A stretch of 64,000 nt of DNA, from assembly GCA_964646765.1 (NCBI GenBank), contig CAZYIA010000001.1, positions 341,621-405,620 on the forward strand, in the 5' to 3' direction. The notes beneath the pieces were generated by a model. The model did no database searches. It worked only from the letters and a program-made list of their open reading frames with translations, and was not told the origin of the DNA. Origin of the DNA: an uncultured Candidatus Saccharibacteria bacterium. GTDB lineage: Bacteria > Patescibacteriota > Minisyncoccia > Phycocordibacterales > UBA9973. Made by a program: the position numbers and the translations under genes. Positions 38,349-48,565 of the stretch are shown one piece after another; positions within the stretch are counted from its first letter, which is position 1, and each line of letters starts with the position of its first letter.

Positions 38349-39446
38349 ATGTCTACAGCTACTACAGCAGAACCACAGGCTCCAGTGAGCGCACTTCGTC
38401 TCTTGATTGATAAGGGACCGCAACCACTCTCACTCGACATGCTCGTGGAAGGACCAGTAATCGATATCGCGAAGAGCTCTGTATATATTGACCTTCGCCC
38501 ATTCGGTACCGGTATCATCTACGGCCGCGAATTTATCGCTGCCCGCGATATCATCAAGAAAATTAACATCGGTGATTTAGTAAAAGCTAAAATCGTTGAC
38601 GTTGAAAACGAAGACGGTTACATCGAACTTTCTCTTAAGGAAGCCAAGCAAGCTCTTATTTGGAGCGAAGCTGAAAAAGCTCAGAAAGGAAAAGTGCAGC
38701 TTGAAATTGCTGTTAAGGACGCAAACAAAGGTGGCCTTATTCTTGATTGGCAAGGTATCCCAGGATTCCTTCCAGCATCACAGCTTAAGAGTGAGCACTA
38801 CCCTCGCGTAGAAGATTCTGATAAGGAAAAAATCTTAAAGGAACTCCGTAAGATCGTTGGGAAGAAACTTACTGTTACCATCATTACCGCAAATCCGAAG
38901 GATGGAAAACTCATCTTCTCAGAAAAGGACTCAAATCCAGATGAGAAGAAGGAAATGATTTCAAAGTACGCCGTTGGTGACGAAGTTGAAACAGCTGTTT
39001 CTGGCCTCGTTGACTTCGGAATCTTCTTGAAACTTGAAGAAGGTCTTGAAGGTCTCGTGCACATTTCTGAAATCGACTGGGGTCTTGTTGAAGATCCAAA
39101 GGGAATGTTCCGCCTCGGTGACAAAGTGAAAGCTAAAATCATCGAAATCAAGGACGGCAAGGTTTCTCTCTCAATCAAGGCTCTCAAGGAAAACCCTTGG
39201 ACCGAATTTGAAGGAAAACTCAAGAAGGGCGACATTGTGAAAGGTGCAGTTATCAAGTTCAACAAGCACGGCGCGCTCGTTTCTATTAAGGAAGGTGTTG
39301 CTGGTCTTGTTCATAACTCAAACTTCGGCGGTGAAAACAAACTCCGCGAAAAGCTTGAGCTCGGTAAGATCTACAACTTCCAGATTACCCTCTTTGAACC
39401 AAAGGAGCATCGCATGACGCTCGCACACGTTGAAGAGAAGAAATAA
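38349..39446 (+). CDS. rpsA: 30S ribosomal protein S1 (four S1 domains)
   Basis: NKGGL...GFLPASQL, FGIFL...EGLVHISEI, VSLSIK. Confidence 0.9.
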   Translation: MSTATTAEPQAPVSALRLLIDKGPQPLSLDMLVEGPVIDIAKSSVYIDLRPFGTGIIYGREFIAARDIIKKINIGDLVKAKIVDVENEDGYIELSLKEAKQALIWSEAEKAQKGKVQLEIAVKDANKGGLILDWQGIPGFLPASQLKSEHYPRVEDSDKEKILKELRKIVGKKLTVTIITANPKDGKLIFSEKDSNPDEKKEMISKYAVGDEVETAVSGLVDFGIFLKLEEGLEGLVHISEIDWGLVEDPKGMFRLGDKVKAKIIEIKDGKVSLSIKALKENPWTEFEGKLKKGDIVKGAVIKFNKHGALVSIKEGVAGLVHNSNFGGENKLREKLELGKIYNFQITLFEPKEHRMTLAHVEEKK

Positions 39447-39460
39447 ATTTCTGATCGTAA

Positions 39461-39493
39461 CTAAAAAATCCGCCGTACGGCGGATTTTTTAGT
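39461..39493. terminator. Bidirectional terminator
   Basis: CTAAAAAATCCGCC-GTAC-GGCGGATTTTTTAG. Confidence 0.85.
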
Positions 39494-39506
39494 TGGTAAC
39501 ATAAAC

Positions 39507-40277
39507 TTACTTTTTGTTTTGTTCTACTAATTCCTTTGCAACTTCACGAGTTAAAGAAAGACGGGTTATGAGATCCTTGAAAAAAAGATCTTTCTTTTCT
39601 TCCACTGAAAGAGACTGAGCATGATGTGAGGAAAAGTATTCATCTAATTCAGAGAGGTTAGAATCAGGAAACGCCTTTTGGAAAGCAGCATCTAATAAAG
39701 ATTTGTCTTTAAAATTATTCTCAAGAAATTGATCAACTTTCTTAGCAAGAACGGTGGCAATACTATGAATTGCAGTCTGAGAATCCTTTTCTGTAAGTAA
39801 AGAGGCGTCTTCAGTAAGCCATTTCTTAATGCTTTCTTTAAACTCTTCGCCATCAGTAGTAAGTACATTAAAATAACTTTTTGCTCCTTCAAATGCATCA
39901 ACATCAAAAATTGAATACCGCTTCATGTCTTTATCGAAAACGACATTCTTAAACTCAAGAGTTTTATTCTTTCTTTTTGGGTCATCATGAAGCCCATGAT
40001 CACTATCCTGGAAAACGTGATGGAGGATAAGACCGTCGGCAATAAATTGAGCTGGCGCATCATCATGAGGTGGAAGTGTCTCAAGTCGCTGTTTGTGAGA
40101 AAAATAACGATCCCCCTCTTGTACAATTTGGGAAACATTCATAACCCCACGAGCAAGCATAGATGCAAGATACTGTGAACGAGGAAAACTAGTGACTTCG
40201 AAAAACTTCTCACCTTTCTCTTTTGAGAGCATCGAAGTTTGTTCAGGATTAAGCTGAGACATAGGAAATTTTTCCAT
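39507..40277 (-). CDS. Hypothetical protein
   Basis: 256-aa ORF downstream of pth; DSDH...N...FD may be a degenerate kinase-like motif (weak). Confidence 0.6.
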   Translation of the reverse strand: MEKFPMSQLNPEQTSMLSKEKGEKFFEVTSFPRSQYLASMLARGVMNVSQIVQEGDRYFSHKQRLETLPPHDDAPAQFIADGLILHHVFQDSDHGLHDDPKRKNKTLEFKNVVFDKDMKRYSIFDVDAFEGAKSYFNVLTTDGEEFKESIKKWLTEDASLLTEKDSQTAIHSIATVLAKKVDQFLENNFKDKSLLDAAFQKAFPDSNLSELDEYFSSHHAQSLSVEEKKDLFFKDLITRLSLTREVAKELVEQNKK

Positions 40278-40284
40278 ACTATTT

Positions 40285-40881
40285 TTACAGCGAATTACCT
40301 ATACTCATCGCTTTTGGTAGTCCGTCTGTAACCCAAATTTCAACCGCTTCTGCTATTCGTTTAGTTATTTTTTTAAGCTCGGCAACTTCACTCTCTCGAA
40401 ACTCTTTCATCAGAAAATCAATCACTGCTTCTTCGCCATGTGGCTTTTTTTGTTTACCGGTGGGTGTAGCTGGACAAATACCAACACGTACACGAGCAAA
40501 TTCTTGTGAACGTACTTTGCGAATGATTGACTCGAGCCCGTTATGGCCACCAGAACTGCGATCAAAGGATATTTTTATTCGGCCAAGAGAAAGATCAATG
40601 TCATCGTATACAACGAGCAGCTTCGCTAAGTCTTTTTTCTCTGCTAGAAGCGGCGCAACACTGCTGCCAGAGTTATTCATGAAATTATTTGGCAACAGAA
40701 ATGTCACACTCTTTCCTTCAATCTTCCCTTTTGAAACGAGTGCTTTTATTTTTTGATCTTCCTTCCAATCAGAAAAATCATACTTCTTTGCAAGCACTTG
40801 AAGTACGAAACGCCCAACGTTGTGGCGTGTACCAGCGTACTCAGGTTCTGGATTTCCTAAACCAACAATGAGGTATGACAT
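40285..40881 (-). CDS. pth: Peptidyl-tRNA hydrolase
   Basis: LIVGLGNP, TRHNVG, FMNNSG, GGHNGL. Confidence 0.96.
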   Translation of the reverse strand: MSYLIVGLGNPEPEYAGTRHNVGRFVLQVLAKKYDFSDWKEDQKIKALVSKGKIEGKSVTFLLPNNFMNNSGSSVAPLLAEKKDLAKLLVVYDDIDLSLGRIKISFDRSSGGHNGLESIIRKVRSQEFARVRVGICPATPTGKQKKPHGEEAVIDFLMKEFRESEVAELKKITKRIAEAVEIWVTDGLPKAMSIGNSL

Positions 40882-40981
40882 AGGTGCGCATAGTGTAGCA
40901 TACGAGACAATAATGAAGAGAAACCGAACAACAACATAATTAAAGTGGTGTCAAGTTAGTTTCCGTATTATACTAACCACC

Positions 40982-41566
40982 ATGGAAAATAACGTGGATC
41001 TTCCGAAAAACGGAGATGTACAGAAAGAGGAATCGTGGTGGGAACTTATACGATTTGCCATCATTGTTCTTATTATTGCTATTGGTGTTCGAGTGTTTGT
41101 TGCTCAGCCATTCATTGTTTCAGGTGCATCAATGGTGCCAACGTTTCAAGACCATAACTATCTGATTGTTGACGAAATCTCCTACCGATTTGAGAAACCA
41201 CAACGTGGTGATGTCATCATTTTTCATCCACCCGGCCAACCAACCGGCATCTACTATATTAAGCGTATCATTGGTCTTCCAGGAGAAACAATAAAAATTA
41301 CTGCAGGAAAGGTAAGCATTATTAACAGTGAGCATCCAGACGGTTTTGTTTTAGACGAACCTTATCTGAAAAATATTTCGTACGAAACGATGAGTAAAAC
41401 ATTGGGTACCAGCGAATATTTTGTTATGGGAGATAATCGTCCGGAAAGTTCTGACTCTCGTGTCTGGGGTACTCTTCCAGCACAAAATATTGTTGGCCGA
41501 GCATTCCTTCGACTTTTGCCATTTACTGATGTTGGAGTTTTTCCTGGCACCTATCATTCGTACTAA
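40982..41566 (+). CDS. lepB: Signal peptidase I
   Basis: GASMVPT, YIKRIIGLPGE, GDNRPESSDSR. Confidence 0.96.
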   Translation: MENNVDLPKNGDVQKEESWWELIRFAIIVLIIAIGVRVFVAQPFIVSGASMVPTFQDHNYLIVDEISYRFEKPQRGDVIIFHPPGQPTGIYYIKRIIGLPGETIKITAGKVSIINSEHPDGFVLDEPYLKNISYETMSKTLGTSEYFVMGDNRPESSDSRVWGTLPAQNIVGRAFLRLLPFTDVGVFPGTYHSY

Positions 41567-41605
41567 CAGTTTCCTTATTAGTTTAAAAATTTAAAGCAAG
41601 AAGTT

Positions 41606-42907
41606 ATGGCAGACAAACCAAAGAAAGGCGGGGCCGCTCCCCTTGCCGCACCGAAAGGAATGCGCGATATCCGCGGAGATGAGTATTATCTCTTTCAGGG
41701 ATTTTTTGAAAAAGCCCAAGAAGTTGCTCTCTACTATGGATTCTCACCAATAGAAACACCAATTCTTGAACACGAAGGAGTATTTACTTCGGCAATTGGC
41801 ATTGGCACCGATGTTGTTGATAAGGAAATGTATACCTTAAAAACCAAAGGTGGTGACCACCTCGCCATGCGTCCTGAACATACCGCAGCATTAATGCGTG
41901 CGTATATTGAACAAGGCATGCAGAGTGAACCACAGCCAGTACTGTTTTATCAGTATGGTCCAGTGTTCCGTCACGACAAACCACAACGCGGTCGTTATCG
42001 CCAATTTTGGCAGTTTGATGTCGATGCACTAGGATCAGAAAAAAGTATCGTTGACGCGTTGGTGCTAAAAACGGTCTACACCATTCTCGAAGACGCTGGT
42101 GCGACAAACCTCTCAGTTGAAATAAATTCAATTGGCGACAAAGAGTGCCGTCCTCAGTATATTCGTGAACTCACGAACTACTATAAAAAACACATTTCCT
42201 CTCTTCCGCCAGTTGACCGCGAACGATTAAAAACAAATCCACTTCGCATTCTTGATTCAAAGGAAGAAAAAACAAAAGAGATTAACGAAGGCGCTCCAGA
42301 TTCTATCTCCTACCTCTGCCCTGCATGTAAAAAACACTTTAAAGAAGTACTTGAGTACTTAGAAGAGATCGGTATTCCGTACACCATCAACAAAAATCTT
42401 GTTCGTGGTCTTTCCTACTACACCCGCACCGTATTTGAAATTATTGAAAACACCGCGGGAGAAGACGGTGCGCCACTTACTATTGCTGCTGGCGGGCGCT
42501 ACGACTATCTTGGTAAGCAACTAGGTTCTAAAAAAGATGTACCAGCTATTGGTATTTCAATGGGTGTTGATCGTATCTTAACTATGCCATGGTACAAGAA
42601 GCACACACCACGAATCATGAAGAAGCCAAAAATTTACTTCATCCAGCTTGGTGCAGATGCGAAACTCAAGAGTTTAAATGTTATCGAAGTACTCCGCAAA
42701 GCTCATATTCCAATCATGCAAGCCCTTTCAAAGGATAGTTTGGGTTCACAGCTTGCGGTAGCGGAAAAACTTGGTGTCCCCTACACAATTATTTTCGGCC
42801 AGAAAGAAGCTATCGAAAATTCTGTTATTGTTCGCAATATGCAGAGTCGCTCACAAGAAACCGTAAAACTTCCAAAACTTCTTGAATATTTGAAAGAACT
42901 AAAATAG
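41606..42907 (+). CDS. hisS: Histidine--tRNA ligase
   Basis: PKGMRD, RPEHTA, PQRGRYRQFWQ, LVRGLSYY, GGRYD. Confidence 0.97.
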   Translation: MADKPKKGGAAPLAAPKGMRDIRGDEYYLFQGFFEKAQEVALYYGFSPIETPILEHEGVFTSAIGIGTDVVDKEMYTLKTKGGDHLAMRPEHTAALMRAYIEQGMQSEPQPVLFYQYGPVFRHDKPQRGRYRQFWQFDVDALGSEKSIVDALVLKTVYTILEDAGATNLSVEINSIGDKECRPQYIRELTNYYKKHISSLPPVDRERLKTNPLRILDSKEEKTKEINEGAPDSISYLCPACKKHFKEVLEYLEEIGIPYTINKNLVRGLSYYTRTVFEIIENTAGEDGAPLTIAAGGRYDYLGKQLGSKKDVPAIGISMGVDRILTMPWYKKHTPRIMKKPKIYFIQLGADAKLKSLNVIEVLRKAHIPIMQALSKDSLGSQLAVAEKLGVPYTIIFGQKEAIENSVIVRNMQSRSQETVKLPKLLEYLKELK

Positions 42908-42910
42908 AAC

Positions 42911-42988
42911 TAAGACATAAGTAGTAAGACGTAAGACAAGGCATCGGATTCACTTTATTACTACTTACGTCTTACTACTTACTACTTT
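42911..42988. repeat. Intergenic inverted array of degenerate 7-mers
   Basis: TAAGACA TAAGTAG TAAGACG TAAGACA ... CTACTTA CGTCTTA CTACTTT. Confidence 0.65.
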
Positions 42989-42990
42989 GT

Positions 42991-43542
42991 ATGTCTTCTC
43001 TTACCATTATTCAATCGGGGCACCCAGCGTTACGAAAAAAATCAGCGCCGGTACCGATTAAAGAAATATCTTCGCCTAAGATTCAAGATATCATTCGGCG
43101 AATGAAAGATGCCCTCGCTACCCAGGCTGATGGTGTGGCTATTGCTGCTCCCCAAATTGCCGAAAATGTACGCATTTTTGTGGTATCTGGCAAAGTGTTT
43201 GATGATCGTTTTAAACGCGGTAAAGGTATACCGGCTGGCGAAAAGCCAAATCACCCTGATCAGGTATACATCAACCCTGAGTTTGTAAAAATTTCAAAGA
43301 AAACATTGTGGCTCGAAGAAGGTTGTCTCTCAGTACGCCCACTCTATGGTTTAGTAAAACGATCCACCAACGCCACCGTAAAAGCGTACGATGAACATGG
43401 AAAAAAATTTGAACGTGGTGGTGGTGGACTTCTCGCCCATATTTTCCAGCATGAAATTGATCACCTTGATGGCACACTCTTTATCGACAAAGCAAAAGAC
43501 ATTCACGAGAATGGAGTAGATAAAACTGCTGATCCCGCGTAA
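42991..43542 (+). CDS. def: Peptide deformylase
   Basis: GVAIAAPQI, EGCLS, QHEIDHLDG. Confidence 0.96.
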   Translation: MSSLTIIQSGHPALRKKSAPVPIKEISSPKIQDIIRRMKDALATQADGVAIAAPQIAENVRIFVVSGKVFDDRFKRGKGIPAGEKPNHPDQVYINPEFVKISKKTLWLEEGCLSVRPLYGLVKRSTNATVKAYDEHGKKFERGGGGLLAHIFQHEIDHLDGTLFIDKAKDIHENGVDKTADPA

Positions 43543-43557
43543 AATGGGCGTATCTCT

Positions 43558-44397
43558 ATGAAGATCGCTTTCTGGGGTACTCCCCCGCTTACCATCACTA
43601 TTTTAGATGCACTCAAAGATGCTGGTTACACTCCGGTAGTTATTGTTACTGGCCCTGACAAAAAAGTTGGCCGTGGCCTCACTCTTACATCCCCTGAACC
43701 AAAACTATGGGCAGAAAAAAACAATATTCCCGTTCTTCAGCCTGAGAAACTGGATGAAACTTTTTTTGAGGAACTAAAAAAATACAACCTCGATCTTTCT
43801 ATCGTTGTTGCCTATGGAAAAATACTACCGAAAAAAACTATCGATCTCCCAAAACATGGTACATGGAATATTCACTATTCTCTTCTTCCTCGCTGGCGTG
43901 GTGCTACTCCAGTTGAAGCAGCAATTTTAGCCGGTGATAGCGAGACCGGAGTTTCAATTCAACAAATGGCACCAAAACTCGATAGTGGTGATGTTTTAAA
44001 TGAAACACGCATGACACTCTGGGGAAACGAAAAAGCTCCTCTACTTCGCGAAGAACTGAATAAGCAAGCTGCCTCATTACTTATTGAAACCATTACCAAA
44101 CTTACTAACGGTTCGCTTGTTCAAAATCCTCAAGACGAAGAATTTGCTACACACTGCGGCAAAATGAGTAAAGCTGACGGTGAAATAAATCCTGATGGTA
44201 ATCCTATAGAAAACGATCGCAAGTTTCGTGCCTACTTTGCTTGGCCAGGTACTTACTTTTTTGTAGACCGTGGTGGCAAGAAAGTTCGTGTCATTGTTAA
44301 AGACGCCGTTTTTGAAAACGGGAAATTTAGCATCAAACGAGTCTTACCTGAAGGCAAGAAAGAAATTTCGTACGAAGAGTTTCTTCGCTCGCTTTAA
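43558..44397 (+). CDS. fmt: Methionyl-tRNA formyltransferase
   Basis: FWGTP, VVAYGKILP, NIHYSLLPRWRGATP, LDSGD. Confidence 0.96.
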   Translation: MKIAFWGTPPLTITILDALKDAGYTPVVIVTGPDKKVGRGLTLTSPEPKLWAEKNNIPVLQPEKLDETFFEELKKYNLDLSIVVAYGKILPKKTIDLPKHGTWNIHYSLLPRWRGATPVEAAILAGDSETGVSIQQMAPKLDSGDVLNETRMTLWGNEKAPLLREELNKQAASLLIETITKLTNGSLVQNPQDEEFATHCGKMSKADGEINPDGNPIENDRKFRAYFAWPGTYFFVDRGGKKVRVIVKDAVFENGKFSIKRVLPEGKKEISYEEFLRSL

Positions 44398-44398
44398 G

Positions 44399-44800
44399 CT
44401 ACTCCATCTCTACTTTCGAGGTAAAGGGATTTCGTTTTGAAATACCTTTAAGCATCTTTTTAATACTACGTGCACCGCGAATAATGAGTGTACGTGCGCG
44501 ATCGCGCTTGCCAGTAAGTTCTCGGATGAGTTCTTCTCGAACTTCATCAATTGCTGCGTAGATATGATCTTTTTCAGCTCGAGCAAAAAATTGGCGGCCA
44601 TTTACTGAAAGAGTCACTTCTGCCCGAAAAATATCGCCTTGTTTGTGGTGGTTAGTTGTTTTTGCAAGAAGAAGTTGAAGGGTATGAATATTTTCACGTT
44701 CATGAAGATATTTTTCGATACCGGATAAACGCTTCTCGGCATACTCCGTAAGTGCCTGAGTTTCATCAACACCTTGAGTTTGAATAGAGATGGTAGCCAT
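44399..44800 (-). CDS. hpf: Ribosome hibernation factor (HPF/RaiA)
   Basis: TQALTEYAEKRL...FRAEVTL...IYAAID. Confidence 0.85.
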   Translation of the reverse strand: MATISIQTQGVDETQALTEYAEKRLSGIEKYLHERENIHTLQLLLAKTTNHHKQGDIFRAEVTLSVNGRQFFARAEKDHIYAAIDEVREELIRELTGKRDRARTLIIRGARSIKKMLKGISKRNPFTSKVEME

Positions 44801-44842
44801 ACAATTTACGATTATTCGTCATACTGACGACATACTACTAAC

Positions 44843-45064
44843 TTAACGCAATTTAAATAATTTTTGAGAGTGATGATGACCTTTTATCAACATCAGATCT
44901 GCAGGTTTCTTTTTATAAAATGCTGCAACAAGTTCCATAACTCTCGCATTTGCTCTGTTTTCTTCTCTCGGTTCCCGAACAGAAACCAGGAGGACACCAT
45001 TTTTCTCCTGAACCACTTCAGTTTTTGCAGAAGCGGTTACTTTTACCCGAATGAATTCTGGCAT
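44843..45064 (-). CDS. DUF167 (YggU) family protein
   Basis: RVKVTASAK...VSVREPREENRAN...IKGHHHSQK. Confidence 0.8.
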   Translation of the reverse strand: MPEFIRVKVTASAKTEVVQEKNGVLLVSVREPREENRANARVMELVAAFYKKKPADLMLIKGHHHSQKLFKLR

Positions 45065-45216
45065 CCCTTTACAGTATACTACTTTTTTTGGTAGGATGGC
45101 CGCTGTACGTTCTTTTCGCAAGTTTACCCTTGAGAAATCAGTGGGTAGACACACTTCGAAAGTATGTTCTCATTTTGGCTTCGGCTACTGTGCGAATGTG
45201 CGCTCGAAGTGCACAT

Positions 45217-45288
45217 TCCGCGGTAGCTCAGCGGTAGAGCGTCCCGCTGTTAACGGGAGGGTCCCTGGTTCGAATCCAGGCCGCGGAG
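45217..45288 (+). tRNA. tRNA-Asn(GTT)
   Basis: TCCGCGG/CCGCGGA acceptor, TCCCG-CTGTTAA-CGGGA, GTTCGAATC. Confidence 0.96.
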
Positions 45289-46971
45289 CATAGTAGAAAA
45301 AACTGGCGAAAACTCGCTGGTTTTTTCGTTTAAGCTTTTCATATCAAGCCAATTCTTAGGTTCGGACTTTTGAAATTCGCTTTCCATCAAAGAAACTACT
45401 TCAAAGAGCTTCTCAACTGATTTTTGCTTGATAACACTAACTTTTTCTTCATCCCACACTAGGTTCGTACCAAGTCTATGAAGTAGTGATTTTTTAGCTT
45501 TTAATTGACCATTCTGCATTACATCAAAGAACTCTTGAGACAGGTCAATAATCTCATTTGCTCTCTTGGTCCAGTCAAAGGTATTAGTTGGCTTATTAGA
45601 GGTCTTAAAACGCTCCTCAAGGTCTCTTAAATCGCTTTTGTATTCATCTTCGGTGATAAGCTCATTAGCCAATATTTTACGCATCTTCCTCTTCATATCC
45701 TCATATTCATCCGATTGCTTTAAGGCTATTTCTTCCTTAAGAAGATTTTCATTAATCTCATTGTCTCTAAGCTCGCTTATGAACTTTCTAGCCCAATCAG
45801 CTACTTTCTGAGACATAGGTATTTTACCTTTTGCATCAGCAAGTAAGGCGGTCATTATTTTGTCAGAATTAATAGACTTAACTCCTAGTTTTTTCTTCTT
45901 ACGAGTTATGTTGTAGTAGTAAGAGTAATCTAAATACTTTGGTTTTTCCATTTTATCTATCTCAATACCACACTGAGGGCATTGAGTTTTGTCTCTGTAA
46001 GGAAATTTGTTTTTGCAATCACAGATAACCTGATACTTCTTATCAAGCCCAATGTATTCACCATTTGGAGAAGATACAAAACCTACAAAAACATCATCGT
46101 GTGTTTGTGTCTTTGGGATATTTCTCCTTTGTAAGATTGCTTTTATTTTATTGTGTTCATCTTCCGTGATTAAGCGAGGCAACTCTTTATCTAGTTCATA
46201 TCTTTCACCTCCATAGAAAAAGAAACCAGCGTAAATTGGGTCTGTAAGTATTTCATATATTCTTGATAGTTGAATGAGTTCACCTCCAATTCTTTTTCTT
46301 CTAACAGTAGTGAGCTTAAGGTCTTTTGTTGCATATCCGTGTAGCTTGCCAGCGGACCATTCACCAGTTAAAAAAGTTTTCAGTATCTGTTGTATTTTGG
46401 GAAGTCTTTCCTTATCAACTAACCATTTTCTATTTCCTTTTTCTTCTGTTTTGTCGTTTAGAAAACCGAGAGAAGCAACTCCGTGAGGTATACCCAGTGT
46501 TGCTTTCTTGGTCTGACCACGTTTAACATTTATAGATAAATCTTTTACAAACTGTTTACCTTGCCCAAATTCAACAGACATAAGTAAAACATTGTCAGTT
46601 GGATAATAAACCTTATCGTGAGTAATAATTGCTTTTAGAACACCAGAGCTTAGTAAATCAATCAACATTCCTCCCTCGGTCATATTTCGTGCCAATCGGT
46701 CAAGTTTCCAACACACAATGGCATCAATTACACCGCTTTTTATCATAGCTATCATCTCGCCAAATTGAGGTCTAACAAACTCTTTTTTGGCTGATTTCGC
46801 TTCTTGAAATATTTGTATAAACTTTGGGAGCTTATAGTACTCAGCAATCCTTTGAGCTTCTTCAATTTGCGAAACCACTGAAAGCATTTGCTTATCTTCA
46901 CTCTCAGAAGACTTTCTGTTGTAATTTACTGGCTTTAATTTTGTGAAATCAAGTTGTATATAATTATTCAT
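45250..46971 (-). CDS. Large serine recombinase; C-terminus encoded by antisense tRNA-Asn
   Basis: YNRKSSE catalytic Ser, WKLDRLARN, LTDPIYAG; ends FSTMLRGLDSNQGPSR. Confidence 0.93.
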   Translation of the reverse strand: MNNYIQLDFTKLKPVNYNRKSSESEDKQMLSVVSQIEEAQRIAEYYKLPKFIQIFQEAKSAKKEFVRPQFGEMIAMIKSGVIDAIVCWKLDRLARNMTEGGMLIDLLSSGVLKAIITHDKVYYPTDNVLLMSVEFGQGKQFVKDLSINVKRGQTKKATLGIPHGVASLGFLNDKTEEKGNRKWLVDKERLPKIQQILKTFLTGEWSAGKLHGYATKDLKLTTVRRKRIGGELIQLSRIYEILTDPIYAGFFFYGGERYELDKELPRLITEDEHNKIKAILQRRNIPKTQTHDDVFVGFVSSPNGEYIGLDKKYQVICDCKNKFPYRDKTQCPQCGIEIDKMEKPKYLDYSYYYNITRKKKKLGVKSINSDKIMTALLADAKGKIPMSQKVADWARKFISELRDNEINENLLKEEIALKQSDEYEDMKRKMRKILANELITEDEYKSDLRDLEERFKTSNKPTNTFDWTKRANEIIDLSQEFFDVMQNGQLKAKKSLLHRLGTNLVWDEEKVSVIKQKSVEKLFEVVSLMESEFQKSEPKNWLDMKSLNEKTSEFSPVFSTMLRGLDSNQGPSR

Positions 46972-46975
46972 AAAT

Positions 46976-47106
46976 AAAAATGAGGTAACGACCATTACTT
47001 AAGTTGCTACACCAAGTGGGTCATTACCTCGTTTTTATCCACAAAAATACTTAATTATAGTAAAAGTATTTTTATGATATTCACCTGGTGTAGCACTTAC
47101 ATTTTA
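46976..47106 (-). promoter_or_regulatory. Extended -10 plus pseudoknot-type leader of recombinase 2
   Basis: TGATAAAAT (47101-47109, minus strand); 47082-47098 pairs with 47001-47018; 47019-47036 pairs with 46976-46993. Confidence 0.6.
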
Positions 47107-47473
47107 TCACAGTTGTAAGTATCTGTTTATCTTTACTCTATCCAAAAAGATAGTTAAAAGCCCTATATAATAGATGCTTTACTTAACCGTTTGATGATTA
47201 TTTTTATTCTCATCTCAAGTACGGAAACTATATTTTCCTTATTCAGTATTGCTATTACCACAATACAACTTAGACCTTATGTAGTTCTTAGTATCGGGTA
47301 GGATTATAGTTTTACATTGTTCCTATTTATCCCGCTTTTCTTTACTCCCTCCAACTAGGATTGCTGTCCCAGACATCAGTTATAAAGTCCTTATATTTTT
47401 ACAGCTATAAGGTCCGCCCACCGTTAGAGTCATTACTGACTCTGTACTGTCTACTGCAATAGACAGTACAGAA

Positions 47474-47641
47474 TTAGCAATTATTTTCTATTCTTAACTT
47501 CAAACCTTGAGCCATAATTTCAAGAAACAACTGACCTAAATGGTCCAGTTCTTCTTCTGATAAAGAATTAACAAAAACCTCTCCATATTCTTTCTGGAGA
47601 ACTTCTTTAAGTTCAGTTAATGCTTTGTTACTAAGACTCAT
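47474..47641 (-). CDS. Small acidic helical protein (55 aa, missed by ORF track)
   Basis: MSLSNKALTELKEVLQKEYGEVFVNSLSEEELDHLGQLFLEIMAQGLKLRIENNC, followed by hairpin 47441-47472. Confidence 0.65.
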   Translation of the reverse strand: MSLSNKALTELKEVLQKEYGEVFVNSLSEEELDHLGQLFLEIMAQGLKLRIENNC

Positions 47642-47723
47642 AGTTTGAGTCCTCTCGTATGCAAAAAGCAGTCTAGAGGACTGCTTATATTGTCGTATTT
47701 ATCTCTATTTACCTCAGCCCCTT

Positions 47724-48557
47724 TTAAGGGATTTGCTTAAATAATCCAATTTTAATTTGAGTCTTATTTTTCTTTGCTTTTTCTATAATTGCCTTAACAT
47801 AGTCAGCCTTATAAGGTCCATTTTTAGGTGATTTTAGATTAAATCTGTGGAAAAGATAATGTGCTATTAATTCGTATTTTGCTCTATACAAGGCAATTCT
47901 TTTACCGTTTGGTGAAAAATGTGATTTGTATTCTGTGGGAAATTTTAAAGCAAAAGCATCTCTTATTTCTTCAGAGCTAAATGTATCTAAAACACGGACC
48001 CATAAATCAAAATTATAACTTTCTTCTTTTCTAGCACGATTTTTTTGTCTTTTAATGCTAACTCCAATTTCCTTGAACTTATTTATTAGGTTATTTTCTT
48101 TTTTATTTAAAAAATCTGCAATTTGTTTTTTGTCTCCTCCTGGAAGTATTTTTAGATAAAGTGCCTTTTCTTTGTCGTTACTAACAAACCAAGAGATATT
48201 CTCAAAGGGTACTTCTGTATCGTATTGAATACCACCAAATAAAAGAATTTCTTGCACTACAAAATTCCAATCCTCTCTCATAATCAGGTATTGGTATTCA
48301 GGATATTTTTTTGCTAAAGCCTTACGAAAATTTACAAAAGCTTTTTCAAGCTTAGAATTTGTGTTGATTATATTACTAACAAAATCTTTTCTATACAAAA
48401 AAGAAGTCCATTCATATTTATCAATCAAAAAATCAAATTGATGACCATCTATACCACCAATTTTTCTGTACTTTTCAGCGATAACTTCAGTTTCTAAACT
48501 GTCTATTTTTTCTAGAGCTAATCTTTTTCTTTTGTCACTTGGTGTAGCATTTTTCAT
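47724..48557 (-). CDS. Hypothetical basic protein
   Basis: 277-aa ORF immediately downstream of res; no family recognised. Confidence 0.65.
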   Translation of the reverse strand: MKNATPSDKRKRLALEKIDSLETEVIAEKYRKIGGIDGHQFDFLIDKYEWTSFLYRKDFVSNIINTNSKLEKAFVNFRKALAKKYPEYQYLIMREDWNFVVQEILLFGGIQYDTEVPFENISWFVSNDKEKALYLKILPGGDKKQIADFLNKKENNLINKFKEIGVSIKRQKNRARKEESYNFDLWVRVLDTFSSEEIRDAFALKFPTEYKSHFSPNGKRIALYRAKYELIAHYLFHRFNLKSPKNGPYKADYVKAIIEKAKKNKTQIKIGLFKQIP

Positions 48558-48565
48558 AAACGAGT

